DNA from: the human T2T-CHM13v2.0 reference genome, Homo sapiens
NCBI RefSeq assembly: GCF_009914755.1
Contig: NC_060933.1
Length of the DNA: 64,000 nucleotides
Strand: one strand, 5' to 3'
Translations under genes and position numbers: made by a program
Part shown: positions 1 through 14,620 of the stretch, in pieces
Position numbering within the stretch: position 1 is the stretch's first letter
Layout of the letters: every line of letters starts with the position of its first letter
The notes under the pieces: model-generated
Told to the model about the DNA's origin: nothing
What the model saw: the letters and a program-made list of their open reading frames with translations, nothing else
Databases searched by the model: none

Positions 1-59
1 AAGACAGCAAGAATGGAGGAAAAGAGGTATGACAAATAGGGCAAACAGAAAATCAATAG

Positions 60-700
60 TAATATTCATACAATGGAATGCTACTTAGCAATAAAAGGAA
101 AGAGCAACTGATCCATGCACCCACAGGAATGACTGTTAAGAACATTATGCTGAATGGAGAAAGCCAGACACAAGAGGGTAAATACTGTGATTTCATTTTT
201 TATGAAATTTTAGAACGGGCAAAACCAATCTATAGTGAAAAATCATCACAACAGCGGTTGCCTCTTGGGTGTTGAGGAGTGAGTTTATTGGGAAAAGACT
301 GTCATAAAAGAGTTTTCTAAGGTAATGGTCATGTTCTATATTACAATAGGAATTTGGGTTACACAAGTGTATGCATTTGCCAAACTCATCAAATTGGACA
401 CTTAAGTTATATACATTTCATTGTATGTACATTTTACCTCAAAAAAGGAGCTATAAACAAATATTAGACTCTAAGTTGAGGATATGCATGCTGAAATGTT
501 TAGGGGTGAAATGTATGCATTTTTGCAACTTACTCTGAAATCCATCAATAAATAAGAATGATTGATACGTGATGTGATAAAGCAAATACAATAAAAAATT
601 AATTATACGGTCTAGATTTTGGGCAGATGAATGTAAACTGTACAATTCTTTGAACTTTTCTGTTTTCTTGAACTTTTTTTAATAATAAAATGTTGGGAAA
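60..700 (+). mobile_element. Ancient L1M (L1MC/ME-type) 3' end fragment
   Basis: Typical old L1 3'UTR phrases: catacaatggaatgctacttagcaataaaagg, aacattatgctgaatgg..aagccagacacaa, aaactcatcaaattggacactt. Confidence 0.7.
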
Positions 701-719
701 AATTAACAGACCCCAAACT

Positions 720-1510
720 GAACTCATTATCACTTCCTACTCCCTTTAAGTCTACTCTTATGCTACTATTATTTGTTTCATTAAACAGCACCAGATTTTA
801 CCTAGTTGTACAAGTCACAAACTTGACACTTGTTCTTTGTTGCTCTTTCCCTCATTCTTCAGATGCAAATTATCACCAAATATTGTAGATCGCTTTTCCT
901 ACACATTTTTTTAGTCAGTGCACTTCTTCCATCATAGCTACCAATCTAGTCCATGCCATCATCATCTGTCACATTGACTACTGTATGAGCTTCCTAATGT
1001 GGCTTTCATCATCCACTATGGCCCCTTTCTGTTCCTTGTTAGAATAATCTTTTAAAAATGCAAATATGTTATTTCATTCCTGCTTAAAATTATTCTAGGC
1101 TATCCCATTGCCATTAGGATAAATCTCCAAATCCTTCATGTGGCTTAGGAGACAGTTGTCTATCTCTTGCCTGTCAGCTTCATTTAAACCCATTCTGTAC
1201 TTCATTATCTCAGCCCCAGCTCTGTTGGACTAATTTGAATCCGGCTATGTCTGACATACATGCTGTTTCCTCTGCCTGGAATATTCTTCCCCTTCAATTT
1301 TCTCTTTCTGGCAAATCCTTCCTCATTCTTCGTGTTTCAATTTAAATGAATCATCCTAGGAAGCTTAGATTCTCTTCCTATGGTATGAAGTACTCTTTCA
1401 TAGCACTTATTACATCACCATTATTCACTATATTCCCAGAACTTAGCACAGTAGGCTGGCACATGATATACGCTCCAGAGATATTTGTGCTATGGGTGGT
1501 TGAATGGGAG
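720..1510 (+). mobile_element. L2 LINE 3' fragment
   Basis: L2-like motifs ctagtccatgccatcatcatctgtcac..gactactg, gctgtttcctctgcctggaata and terminal ggctggcacatgatatacgctc..tgaatg. Confidence 0.6.
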
Positions 1511-1589
1511 ACGGTATATCATTATACAGTGTTGACTTAGATGATTAGTTTGGGAAAATGAGAGCATGTTTTCATACACTTGTGGGGAT

Positions 1590-2130
1590 ATGCATCAGTA
1601 TGTTTTGGATTGTGAACATCAGACACCAGAATCAAACTGGTAAACAATGAGGTTCATATGGGGAGATGTCTAGCAGCAGGGTAGACTTCAGGTACAGTAT
1701 GATCAGGGCTTTCACTCCATTCCTCCTCAATTGTCTTGGCTCTTCCCTTCTCATATGTTTTGTTTATTGTCATGCTGGTTTCCCTCGTGGTTTCAAGATG
1801 AATGCCAGCAGCAACTGCAGCTTCTTTTCACATATTTCAGGTAAGAGACCCTTGTTTCTCATTAGTCTCTCTTAAAGCCAAGAAAGAACTTTCCTAAAAG
1901 TCTTCAGCAGCCATCTCCTTGTGTCTCATTGGCTGCCATTAAATCATATACTAATTCCTGAACCAATCACTGGTTGGCTTATGCTAATCAGCCCGCCTCT
2001 GGGATCAGCTTCCTTCAACTGAAGATGCTGCATGAAGAAAGGGTAGATACCTGAACAAAACTGAGGTTCTGTTAGTAAGGATGAAGGGGAGAATGGATTC
2101 TGGAAAGACAACTAGCAATATCCACCTCTG
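1590..2130. mobile_element. Old MaLR LTR (MLT1K/J-like)
   Basis: MLT1-like motifs cagtatgttttggattgtgaacatcagacacc..tcaaactgg and ctcattggctg..ctgaaccaatcactgg. Confidence 0.5.
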
Positions 2131-4417
2131 TGTATTATTTTCCAACGGTAGCTGCTGAGAAATTGCCTTGCTTTTTTCTTCTAGATACTTGATACTTTGC
2201 TTTGGTAACTGAGATCATATTTGACTCTGCATTGACAGTTGAAAAAGATAAATTTGTGGCCCATTCATAGAAACTGCACAGAACCCTGTGGTAAATGTTT
2301 TTAGATTAGCTTCATTTCTGCCTCCTATTTATACTCCTACTCATTTTTCTTTTGCATCTTTTTAAAAATTTAATTTTTTTCTCTATAATTCAATTTAATT
2401 ACTCAAAAATGTTTTTATTATTCAGAAGATTTTTAATAGTACCCAGAATTTCATAAGATAGTATTCAAAGTGTTGAGGATACAATAGAAAATTACCTAAT
2501 GTATTAAAAAAATTAACAACCCTCAAAGAAATGTTCATGGTACTTTGTGTAAATGATTTTACTTGACTCAGAACACACATAATTGAATACTTTAGGACTT
2601 TGATATACTAAAATCTACATCATCCAATAATGCTTATTGAATGCCTAGTCTGCCAAGAATTGCATATGTTTCATTCAGATTTATCATCATTTTCCTTGTA
2701 AGTTTTCACTTTTTCAAGTTGTTACTCTTTTTGAAGGCTGGTACATACTTTCTTAAGCTTCTGCCTTTGCCTCATAGAGAACATCTGACACAGAACGGCA
2801 ATTCTAAGCTTATTAAGCTTGTCAGTGTTCAGGATATAGAAGTCTGTTGTTAAATTCTTAGCAGGATACTGTACAAAAAGGAGGGCCTCAATCCTGACTG
2901 ATCAAGTGTGCTAGTTGCTTATATCTTTTGGAGGAACATTTCCTGAATTACATTTTGTGCTGTTGAAGTCAGCATTACTTAACTTACTACTTTAGCATGG
3001 TGTTCCTTCCTGATCCCCTTCCCTCCTCCTCAAACTCCACCAAAATAGGTACATACAGTTACTTAGTGTATGTCGGGCTCCTGTAGTCCCTTCAGTCTAT
3101 CAGAAACTTCTTGCTCTAAACACAGATTGGTTTTCTCTTCTTTGCCTTGGTCACTGGTGCTCTTTTACAAGGCAGAGGGCATAATGTCCCTGACCTCATT
3201 TCTTTTTCTTTCTTTGTTTTTAAAGTTACACTTTAAGTTCTGGGGTACATGGGCAGAATGTGCAGGTTTGTTACATAGGTATACACATGCCTGGTTTGCT
3301 GCACCCATCAACCTGTCATATACATTAGGTATTTCTCCTAATACTATCCCTCCCCTAGTCCCCCACCCCACAACAGACCCCAGTGTGTGATGTTCCCCTC
3401 CCTGTGTCTATGTGTTCTCATTGTTCAACTCCCACTTATGAGTGAGAACATGCAGTGTTTGGTTTTCTGTTCTTGTGTTAGTTTGCTGAGAATGATGGTT
3501 TCCAGCTGCATCCATGTCCCTGCAAAGGACATGAACTCATCCTTTTTATGGCTGCATAGTATTCCACAGTGTATATGTGCTACATTTTCTTTATCCAGTC
3601 TATCATTGATGGGTATTTGGGTTGGTTCCAAGTCTTTGCTATTGTGAACAGTGCCACAATAAATATACATGTGCATGTGTTTTTATAGTAGAATCATTGG
3701 TAATCCTTTGGGTATATACCCAGTAAGGGGATTGCTGGGTCAAATAGTATTTCTGGTTCTAGATCCATGAGGAATCACCACACTGTCTTCCGCAATGGTT
3801 GAACTAATTTACACTCCCACCAACAGTGTAAAACCATTCCTATTTCTCCACATCCACTCGAGCATCTGTTGTTTCCTGACTTTTTAATGGTCGCCATTCT
3901 AACTGGCGTGAGATGGTATCTCATTGTGGTTTTGATTTGCATTTCTCTAATGACCAGTGATGATTAGCTTTTTTATTCATATGTTTGTTGACTGCATAAA
4001 TGTCTTCTTTTGAGAAGTATCTGTTCATATCCTTTGCCCACTTTTTGATGGGGTTGTTTTTTTCTTGTAAATTTGTTTAAGTTCTTTGAAGATTCTGGAT
4101 ATTAGCCCTTTGTCAGATGGATAGATTGCAAAAATTTTCTCCCATTTGTAGGTTGCCTGTTCACTCTGATGATAGTTTCTTTAGCTGTGCAGAAGCTCTT
4201 TAGTTTAATAAGATCCCATTTGTCAATTTTGGCTTTTGTTGCCATTGCTTTTGGTGTTTTAGTCATGAAGTCTTTGCCCATGCCTATGTCCTGAATGATA
4301 TTGCCTAGGTTTTCTTCTAGGGTTTTTATAGTTTTTGGTCTTATGTTTAAGTCTTTAATCCATCTTGAGTTAAGTTTTGTATAAGGTGTAAGGAAGGGGT
4401 CCAGTTTCAGTTTTCTG

Positions 4418-4461
4418 CATATGGCTAGCCAGTTTTCCCCATATGGCTAGCCAGTTTTCCC
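4418..4461. repeat. 22-bp perfect tandem duplication inside L1-A ORF2 (frameshift)
   Basis: catatggctagccagttttccc occurs twice; single copy in L1-B and L1-C. Confidence 0.9.
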
Positions 4462-4840
4462 AACACCATTTATTAAATAGGGAATCCTTTCCCCATTGCT
4501 TGTTTTTGTCAGGTTTGTCAAAGATCAGATGGTTGTAGATGTGTGGTGTTATTTCTGGGGCCTCTGGTCTGTTCCATTGGTCTCTATATATGTTTTGGTA
4601 CCAGTACCATGCTGTTTTTGTTACTGCAGCCTTGTAGTATAGTTTGAAGTCAGGTAACAGCTTTGTGCTTTTTGCATAGGATGGTCTTGGCTATGTGGGC
4701 TCTTTTTTGGTTCCATATGAAATTTAAAGTAGATTTTTCCAATTCTCTGAAGAATGTAAAAGATAGCTTGATGGAGATAACATTGAATCTATAAATTACT
4801 TTGGGGAGTATGGCCATTTTCACAATATTGATTCTTCCTA

Positions 4841-5452
<612 letters not shown>

Positions 5453-8400
5453 TTAGATAATCACGTGTTTTTTGTCATTGTTTCTGTTTATGTGATGGAT
5501 TATGTTTATTGATTTGTGTATGTTGAACTAGCCTTGCATCCCTTGGATGAAGCTGACTTAATTGTGGTGGATAAGCTTTTTGATGTGCTGCTGGATTCAG
5601 TTTGCCAGTATTTTATTGTGGATTTCTGCATCAATGTTCATCAGAGATATTGGCCTAAAATTCTCTTTTTTTGTTGTGCCTCTGCCAGGTTTTGGTATCA
5701 GGATGATGCTGGCCTCATAAAATGAGTTAGGGAGGATTCCCTCGTTTTCTATTGTTTGGAATAGTTTCAGAAGGGATGGTACCAGCTCCTCTTTGTACCT
5801 CTGGTAGAATTCAGCTGTGAATCCGTCTGGTCCTGGACTTTTTTTGGTTGGTAGGCTATTAATTACTGCATCAATTTCAGAACTTGTTATTGGTCCATTA
5901 AGGGATTCAACTTCTTCCTGGTTGAGACTTGGGAGGGTGTATGTGTCCAGGAATTTATACATTTCTTTTAGATTTTCTAGTTTATTTGTGTAGAGTTGTT
6001 TATAGTATTCTCTGATGGTAGTTTGTATCTCTGTGGGATTGGTGATGATATCCCCTTTATCATTTTTTATTGCGTATATTTGATTTTTCTCTCTTCTTTC
6101 ATTAATGTGGCTGGTGTTCTATCTATTTTGTTGGTCTTTTCAAAAAAACAGCTCCTGGATTCACTGATTTTTTTAAGGCTTTTTCATGTCTCTGTCTCCT
6201 TCAGTTCTGCTCTGTTCTCAGTTTTTTCTTGTCTTCTGCTAGCTTTTGAATTTGTTTGCTCTTGCTTTTCTAGTTCTTTGAATTGTGATGTTAGGGTGTC
6301 AGTTTTAGATCTTTCCCACTTTCTCTTGTGGGCATTTACTGCTATAAATTTCCCTCTACACACTGCTTTAAATGTGTCCCAGAGATTCTGGTACATTGTG
6401 TCTTTGTTGTCATTGGTTTCAAAGAACTTATTTATTTCTGCCTTAATTTCATTATTTACCTAGTAGTCATTCAGGAACAGTTTGTTCAGTTTCCATGTAG
6501 TTGTGCGGTTTTGAGTGCGTTTCTTAATCTTGAGTTCTAATTTGATTGCACTGTGGTCTGAGAGACTGTTATGATTTCCATTCTTTTGCATTTGCTGAGG
6601 AGTGTTTTACTTCCAATTATGTGGTCAATTTTAGAATAAGTGCGATGTGGTGCTGAGAAGAATGTATATTCTGAAGATTTGGATGATTTGGGGTGGAGAG
6701 TTCTGTAGATGTCTATTAGGTCCACTTGGTCCAGAGCTGAGTTCAAGTTCTGAACATCCTTGTTAATTTTCTGTCTTGATGATCTGTCTAATATTGACAG
6801 TGGGGTGTTAAAGTCTCCCTACTATTGTGTGGGAGTCTAAGTCTCTTTGTAGGTCTCTGAGGACTTGCTTTATGAATCTGGGTGCTCCTGTATTGGGTGC
6901 ATATATATTCAGGATAGTTAGCTCTTCTTGTTGAATTGATCCCTTTACCATTATATAATGGCCTTCTTTGTCTCTTTTGATCTTTGTTGGTTTAAAGTCT
7001 GTTTTATCAGAGACTAGGATTGCAATTCCTACTTTTTCTTTGCTTTCCATTTGCTTGGTAAATATTCCTCCATTCATTTATTTTGAGTCTATGTGTGTCT
7101 TTGCACATGAGATGGGTCTCCTGAATACAGCACACTGATGGGTCTTGACTCTTTATCCAATTTGCCAGTCTGTGTCTTTTAATTGGGGATTTTAGCCCAT
7201 TTACACTTAAGGTTAATATTGTTATGTGTGAATTTGATCGTGTCATTATTATGCCAGCTGGTTATTTTGTGCATTAGTTGATGCAGTTTCTTCATAGTGT
7301 CAATGGTCTTTACAATTTGGTGTGTTTTTGCAGTGGCTTGTCCTTGTTGTTTCTTTCCATGTTTAGTGCTTCCTTCAGGAGCTCTTGTAAGGCAGGCCTG
7401 GTGGTGACAAAATCTCTCAGGATTTGCTTGTCTGTAAAGGATTTTATTTCTCCTTCACGTATGAAGCTTAGTTTGGCTGGATATGAAATTCTGGGTTGAA
7501 AATTCTTTTCTTTAAGGATGTTGAATATTGGCCCCCCCTCTCTTCTGGCTTGTAGGGTTTCTGCAGAGAGATTCACTGTTAGTCTGATGGGCTTCCCTTT
7601 GTGGGTAACCCGACTTTTCCCTCTGGCTGCACTTATCATTTTCGCCTTCATTTCAACCTTGGCGAATCTGACAATTATGTGTCTTGGGGTTGCTCTTCTC
7701 AAGGAGTATCTTTATGGTGTTCTCTGTATTTCCTGAATTTGAATGTTGGCCTGTCTTGCTAGTTTAGGGAAGATCTCCTGGATAATATCCTGAAGAGTGT
7801 TTTCTAACTTGGTTCCATTCTCCCCAACACTTTCAGGTACACCAATCAAACATAGATTTGGTCTTTTCACATAGTCCCATATTTCTTGGAGGCTTTGTTC
7901 GTTCCTTTTCATTCTTTTTTCTCTACTCTTGTCTTCTCACTTTATTTCATTAAGTTGATCTTCAATCTCTAATATCCTTTCTTCCACTCGATTGATTTGG
8001 TTATTGATACTTGTGTATGCTTCACAAAGTTCTCATGCTGTGTTTTTCAGCTCCATCAGGTCATTTATGTTCTTCTCTAAACTGGTTATTCTAGTTAGCA
8101 ATTCATCTAACCTTTTTTCAAGGTTCTTAACTTCCTTGCATTGGGTTAGAACATGCTCCTTTAGCTCGGAGGAGTTTGTAATTAATCACCTTCTGAAGCT
8201 TACTTCTGTCAATTTGTCAAACTCATTCTCCGTCCAGTTTTCTTCCCTTTCTGGTGAGGAGTTGTGATCCTTTGGAGGAGAAGATGCATTCTGGTTTTTG
8301 GAATTTTCAGCCTTTTTGCACTGGTTTCTCCCCATCTTTGTGGATTTATCTACCTTTGGTCTTTGATGTTGGTGACCTTCGGATAGGGTCTCTGAGTGGA

Positions 8401-9043
8401 TGTCCTTTTTGTTGATGTTGATGCTATTCCTTTCTGTTTGTTAGTTTTCCTTCGAATATTCAGGCCACTCTGCTGCAGGTCTGCTGGAGTTTGCTGGAGG
8501 TCCACTCCAGACCCTGTTTGCCTGGGTATCACCAGCAGAGGCTGCAGAACGGCAAAAATTGCTGCCTGTTCTTTCCTCTGGAAGCTTCGTCCCAGAGGGG
8601 CATCCACCAGATTCCAGCCGGAGCTCTCCTGTATGTGGTGTCTGTCAGCCCCCGCTGGGAGGTGTCTCCCAGTCAGGAGACACAGGGGTCAGGGTCCCAC
8701 TTGAGGAAGCAGGCTGTCCCTTATCAGAGCTCGAACGCTGTGCTGGGAGATCCGCTGCTCTCCTCAGAGCCATCAGGCAGGGATGTTTAAGTCTGCTGAC
8801 GCTGTGCCCACTGCTCCCCCTTCCCCCAGACACTCTGTCCTAGGGAAATGGGCATTTTATCTAGAAGCCCCTGACTGGGGCTGCTGCTTTTTTTTCAGAG
8901 ATGCCCTGCCCAGAGAGGAGGAATCTAGAAAGGCAGTCTGGCTAAAGCGACTTTGCTGAGCTGCGGAGGGCTCTGCCCAGTTTGAACTTCCTGGCAGCTT
9001 TGTTTACACTGTGAGGGTGAAACTGCCTACTCAAGCCTCAGTA

Positions 9044-9322
9044 ATGCCGGATGCCCCTCCCCGCACCAAGCTTGAGCACCCCAGGTCAACTGCAGACTGC
9101 TGTGCTGGCAGTGAGAATTTCAAGCCAGTGGATCTTAGCTTGCTGGGCTCCATGGGGCTGGGATCTGCTGAGCTAGACCACTTGGCTACCTGGCTTCAGC
9201 CCTCTTTCCAGGGGAGTGAACGATTTTGTCTCACTGACTTTCCAGGCACCACTGGGGTATGGAAAAAACCTCCTGCAGCTAGCTTGGTGTCTGCCCAAAT
9301 GGCCGCCCAGTTTTGTGCTTGA
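9044..9322 (+). other. Open ORF0-homologous antisense ORF in L1-A 5'UTR (92 codons)
   Basis: ATG at the ORF0 position (caagcctcagtaATG); MPDAPPRTKLEHPRSTADCCAGSE resembles ORF0 MVGAPPPASLPPCSLISDCCAS; expression unknown. Confidence 0.45.
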
Positions 9323-10032
9323 AACCCAGGGCCCTGGTGGCGTAGGCACCAAAGAGAATCTCCTGGTCTGCGGATTGCGAAGACTGTGGGAAAAGCATAG
9401 GATCTGGGCCAAAGTGCACCGTTCCTCATGACACAGTCCCGCACGGCTTCCCTTGGCTAGGGGAGGGAGTTCCCAACCCTTTGTGCTTCCTGGGTGAGGT
9501 GATGTCCCTCCCTGCTTTGGCTTGCCCTCCGTGGGATGCACCCCCTGTCTAATCAGTCCCAATGAGATGAACTGGTTACCTCAGTTGGAAATGCTGAAAT
9601 CACCCGCCTTCTGCGTTGATCTCACTGGGAGCTGCAGACCAGAGCTGTTCCTAGTTGGCCATCTTGCCAGTAATCCAAAAAATTTAATTTTTAATTTGTT
9701 CTCTATTATGTATTTTTGTTAAACTATATTAATTTAAAAAATAAAGTAGGCATAACCAAATAAAAAGCAAACATTTTGTTTGTGATAGGTTTCTCCCCCT
9801 CTTCATTATATTGCTTCATCCTTAAATATCTAGAGGTACGGATTGCTTACAGCTCCTTCCTGCCAGCAATAGATAGGAGTTAGTTGGTACAACCAGCCTG
9901 TTATTATTTTTCTTATTTTATTTTCATAGAATATTCCTTTTGGAATATTCTTCTTTAATATTTTGAGAAGATAAAATCAGTTTTTATTATTTTTGATGAC
10001 AGAAACCAACGTGAACCAAGAAAATCCAATAA

Positions 10033-10392
<360 letters not shown>

Positions 10393-10689
10393 TAAAATTG
10401 AACTGGCCCCTACTTATGAAAGTACTGCCCTGTTCTTATCCTTGCTGGGCATTGTGTTTTGTTGTTTAAAGTATTATGCCCCAAAATCATTTGGAAAAAA
10501 AAGTTAGATCCCTTTCTTTTTCCATATACTCAAATAAATTCTAAGTAGGTAAAAGATTGAAATGTAAAATGTAAGACCATAAAAGAAAATTTGAGTGAAT
10601 ATGTAATCTTAGGGAGAGAAAAAACTTTCATGGCATGATACCAAAGGTAGAAATCATGCAAGGAAACACTGATTACAAATATTAGTTAA

Positions 10690-10900
10690 CATCTATTGAG
10701 GGGTTACTCTGTGCTGGGCCACGTATTGAGGACATGTACTATCTCATTTTGTTCTCACATCAAGCCTATGAAGTAGGTGTTATTATCACTGTTTTATGGT
10801 GCAAAAAATGAGGCACAGGGAAGTTGATTACCTTACTAAGGTCACACTGGCGGGAAGTGACTGAGTTAATATTTGGATCTCATTAGTCTGACTCCAAATC
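10690..10900 (-). mobile_element. MIR
   Basis: Core motif cctatgaagtaggtgttattatcactgttttatgg..aaaatgaggcacagggaagtt..aaggtcacac. Confidence 0.7.
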
Positions 10901-11166
10901 TTGGAAACATAATGGGATATGATACAAAATAGTGTTTATTGTGTATGCCTGCCATTTCTTCACCATAGGGGTGTTGAAAAAGCCAGAGGAGTTATCGTAG
11001 GTACAAGTGCTTGGTGAACTGTGAAAGATTACCTAGTGTTAGAGAGCAGGTCACCTCACTGCTTGTCAGGGTAGAACAAGGGACAGCAGCCAACATCTGG
11101 GTCTCCACATCTGCCTAGCAGCCTCCTCAGCTTCTTCATCTGGCTGCTTTCAGTCCCTCTCATTTA

Positions 11167-11482
11167 CTTATTTATTTATGGAAATTTATTTTTATTTTCA
11201 GAAACAGGTTCTGGCTCTGTCACCTAGGCTAGAGTGCAGTGGTGCAATTATGGCTCACTGCAGCCTCCAACTCCTGCGCTCAAGTCATCCTCCCACCTTA
11301 GCCTCCTGAGTAGCTGGGACTACAGGCACATGCCACCAGGCTTGGCTAATTTTAATACTTTTTGTAGAGACAGGGTCTTGCTATGTTGCCCAGACTGGTC
11401 TCAAACTCCTGGGCTCAAGCAATCTTGCTGCCTCAACCTCCCAGAGTGCTGGGATTACAGGCACGAGCCACCGCTCCTGGCC
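11167..11482 (-). mobile_element. AluJ
   Basis: AluJ diagnostics (ctcactgcagcctc, ctcctgggctcaagc); TSD cagtccctctcattta at 11151-11166 and 11482-11497. Confidence 0.93.
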
Positions 11483-11978
11483 AGTCCCTCTCATTTAAAC
11501 AATTGTCCCTCATTTGTCTGCATGGAACCACCTCAGCTAATCCAGGTGCCTCCCTAATCCTGCCAAAAAACCTGGAAAAGGGTCTGCTTCTTATTCTCTG
11601 GGAACAAAAGGGCATAGATTTTGCACTTGAAAGATGAAAGAAAATTGAATCCAGACATGAATAGTAGCTCTCAATCACTTGGCAGTTAGCCATTTTTTCT
11701 TTCTTTCCTGCTTTTTTTCCAGGTGATAGACAAATATGCTTAACCCTCACAGCTTGCATAGAGTTGGGTACAGAGACAGACTGTTAGAAAATTGCTAATT
11801 TAAGCCAAATTTTAGTTTAAAATTTACGGGAAGGAAATATTTGTAAAGACCCTATTGCTATTGCCAAAGAGTTTGTGGAATATCACATTTGGTGATGTAA
11901 TGCTGGAAACCATTCACTCCTCTAATGTTTCATTCATAGTAATTCTCCAAAGTGTTTGTTTTGGCTTATTACTACTAT

Positions 11979-12050
11979 TTAGGTTGGTGCAAAAGGAATT
12001 GTGGTTTTTGCCATTACTTTAAAACCACAATTCATTTTGCACCAACCTAA
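11979..12050. mobile_element. MADE1 (Hsmar1-derived palindromic MITE)
   Basis: TIRs ttaggttggtgcaaaa...ttttgcaccaacctaa, flanking TA, short internal deletion. Confidence 0.92.
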
Positions 12051-13389
12051 TAAAAATGTGAAAGAAAAATAAACCTTGCCCATTTCTAAAGGCATTGGTA
12101 AATACAAACTACTGTCATTGACAAACCTTGGCATGGTAAAGACACATAATTTCCAAATCTGCTACGTTCCAGTGGGTAAATGAATAATCAGGAGTTATGA
12201 GTGGCTCCCCAGTGGGAAGAAAATTTTTGGGATTACTGACCACAAAAAGAAAAATTTCAAAATTTCCAGTATTTGTTACTTTAGGTTGCTTTCCATCTCT
12301 GGGAAATCTACTCTTACCAGAACTAGAGACCGTTTCCAAGGAAAAAAGGAGAAAAAAAGAAGATGCCACTTTGAAAGACATCGTTGCTTCATCCTTCAAA
12401 TAGCCACATGGGGAATATGCAGCAATTTCCTTATTAACAGGTGTTCAAAGCATCTTGTGTTTCTCAACACCCAGACTGGAACTCTCCTGGGAACTAGACT
12501 GAAAAACTTACCACCCAACTGTAGTTTGCTCAAGTGGGCCCCAAGGAAAAGTTGCCAAATTCAGGAATCAGTGAATCTCAGGGGTGTTTCTGAATTCTAA
12601 ACCCTGAGGCCAAATGGATAAGTATTGGAGTCCTAAGTTATTTATTTTCTTATTCTTTATACAATTTTGTAGGTGATTTCATAATATGAGGGGATTATTT
12701 AATGACTCTACTGTACATTTCTTGGAAGAAATACTCTATTAATATTTAGGATATTGTTGGGTGTTGGGTGAAGACTCATTACTTAATGACACCGAGTAAA
12801 TTAAGAAAAAGTGTGCCATTCACATAATTAACAGCAGAGACATAATGTAATACTCATTTGAAAAAAACCTTTAATTTGAATAATTGCTTGAAAAGACCTA
12901 ACTGAACACTAGATTACTACTGTGACCTGGAAAATGGAGAGAAATATGTTGGTTTTCATACTCTAAGACCCACATGCCATTTCTGAATGATCACGTATTT
13001 TAATAGCTTGACTGTAAGTAAGTGTCATTCTAAATCATCAGAGATCATTGGCCAATTCCAGAGGTTCCTTGAATATGTTTCACTTCTAGGCTTTTGAAGG
13101 GGAAGCTGTTGGGTTTATTTATTTCATTAAAAAATATTTATTCTATTTCCTCATTAAAAAGTAATACATGTTCACTGAAGAGCGTTGGAGAGAAACACTG
13201 AAAAACAAAGGGAAAAAATATAAGGATTATGTATAATTCTTAGAGACAACTCATATCAACATTTTGGTGTTAAGAATTTGCTTTCCAGTCAGTTTTTTCC
13301 TTTTTAATTGTTTTAAAAATTACACAAGAAATATTTTCTCATTATAAAAAAATTGAGACAATATAGAACAAAATGTAGAAGTCACCCTA

Positions 13390-14090
<701 letters not shown>

Positions 14091-14099
14091 ACCCTTTAT

Positions 14100-14620
14100 T
14101 CCACTGTTCTCTCAAGAGGTAACCATGACCCGCACTGATCTTCCAGACTGACTTCTTATGTTTTTGCACACACAGAGTCATCTACAGGAAGTTTCTTTGA
14201 TTATACAGGTGAGACCATATTCTAAATATGACTCTGTGACTTGCTTTTTTCATTTAACAGTATATCATAGATAGCTTTCCACATCCATATCTATAGAAAA
14301 CTACCCACCACATGCCTACTGAAGACTGCTTAATTTTGCATTGTATGAATGTACCATGATTTATTTTAACCGTTCCATTATTGAGCATTTAGATTGATTT
14401 AAATGTTTTATTTTATCATTAATGCTGTAATAAACATCTTTGTACATTTGTGGTTGGGCTCGTGTGCTAACGTATCTGTAAGAATGATCCTAGAAATGAA
14501 ATTTCTGGATCAAAAAGCATATGCATTTAAAATTTGAAAGTAATTGTCAAATTGCCTTCCATAAAGGCTTAATTTCCAATCCTACTGATATATACAAGAG
14601 TCTCTGTGTCCCCATTCGGC
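14100..14620 (-). mobile_element. Ancient L1M fragment
   Basis: attgtatgaatgtaccatgatttatt, ctgtaataaacatctttgtacat, cctagaaatgaaatttctggatcaaa. Confidence 0.6.

Noticed and set aside
2679-2697. 19-nt micro-exon (ttcattcag|..|gtaagt)
   Set aside because: Frame-disrupting, weak exonic donor context, no independent support
9928-9951. Hairpin agaatattcc-tttt-ggaatattct
   Set aside because: A 10-bp AT-rich stem is plausible by chance in 64 kb; no supporting context
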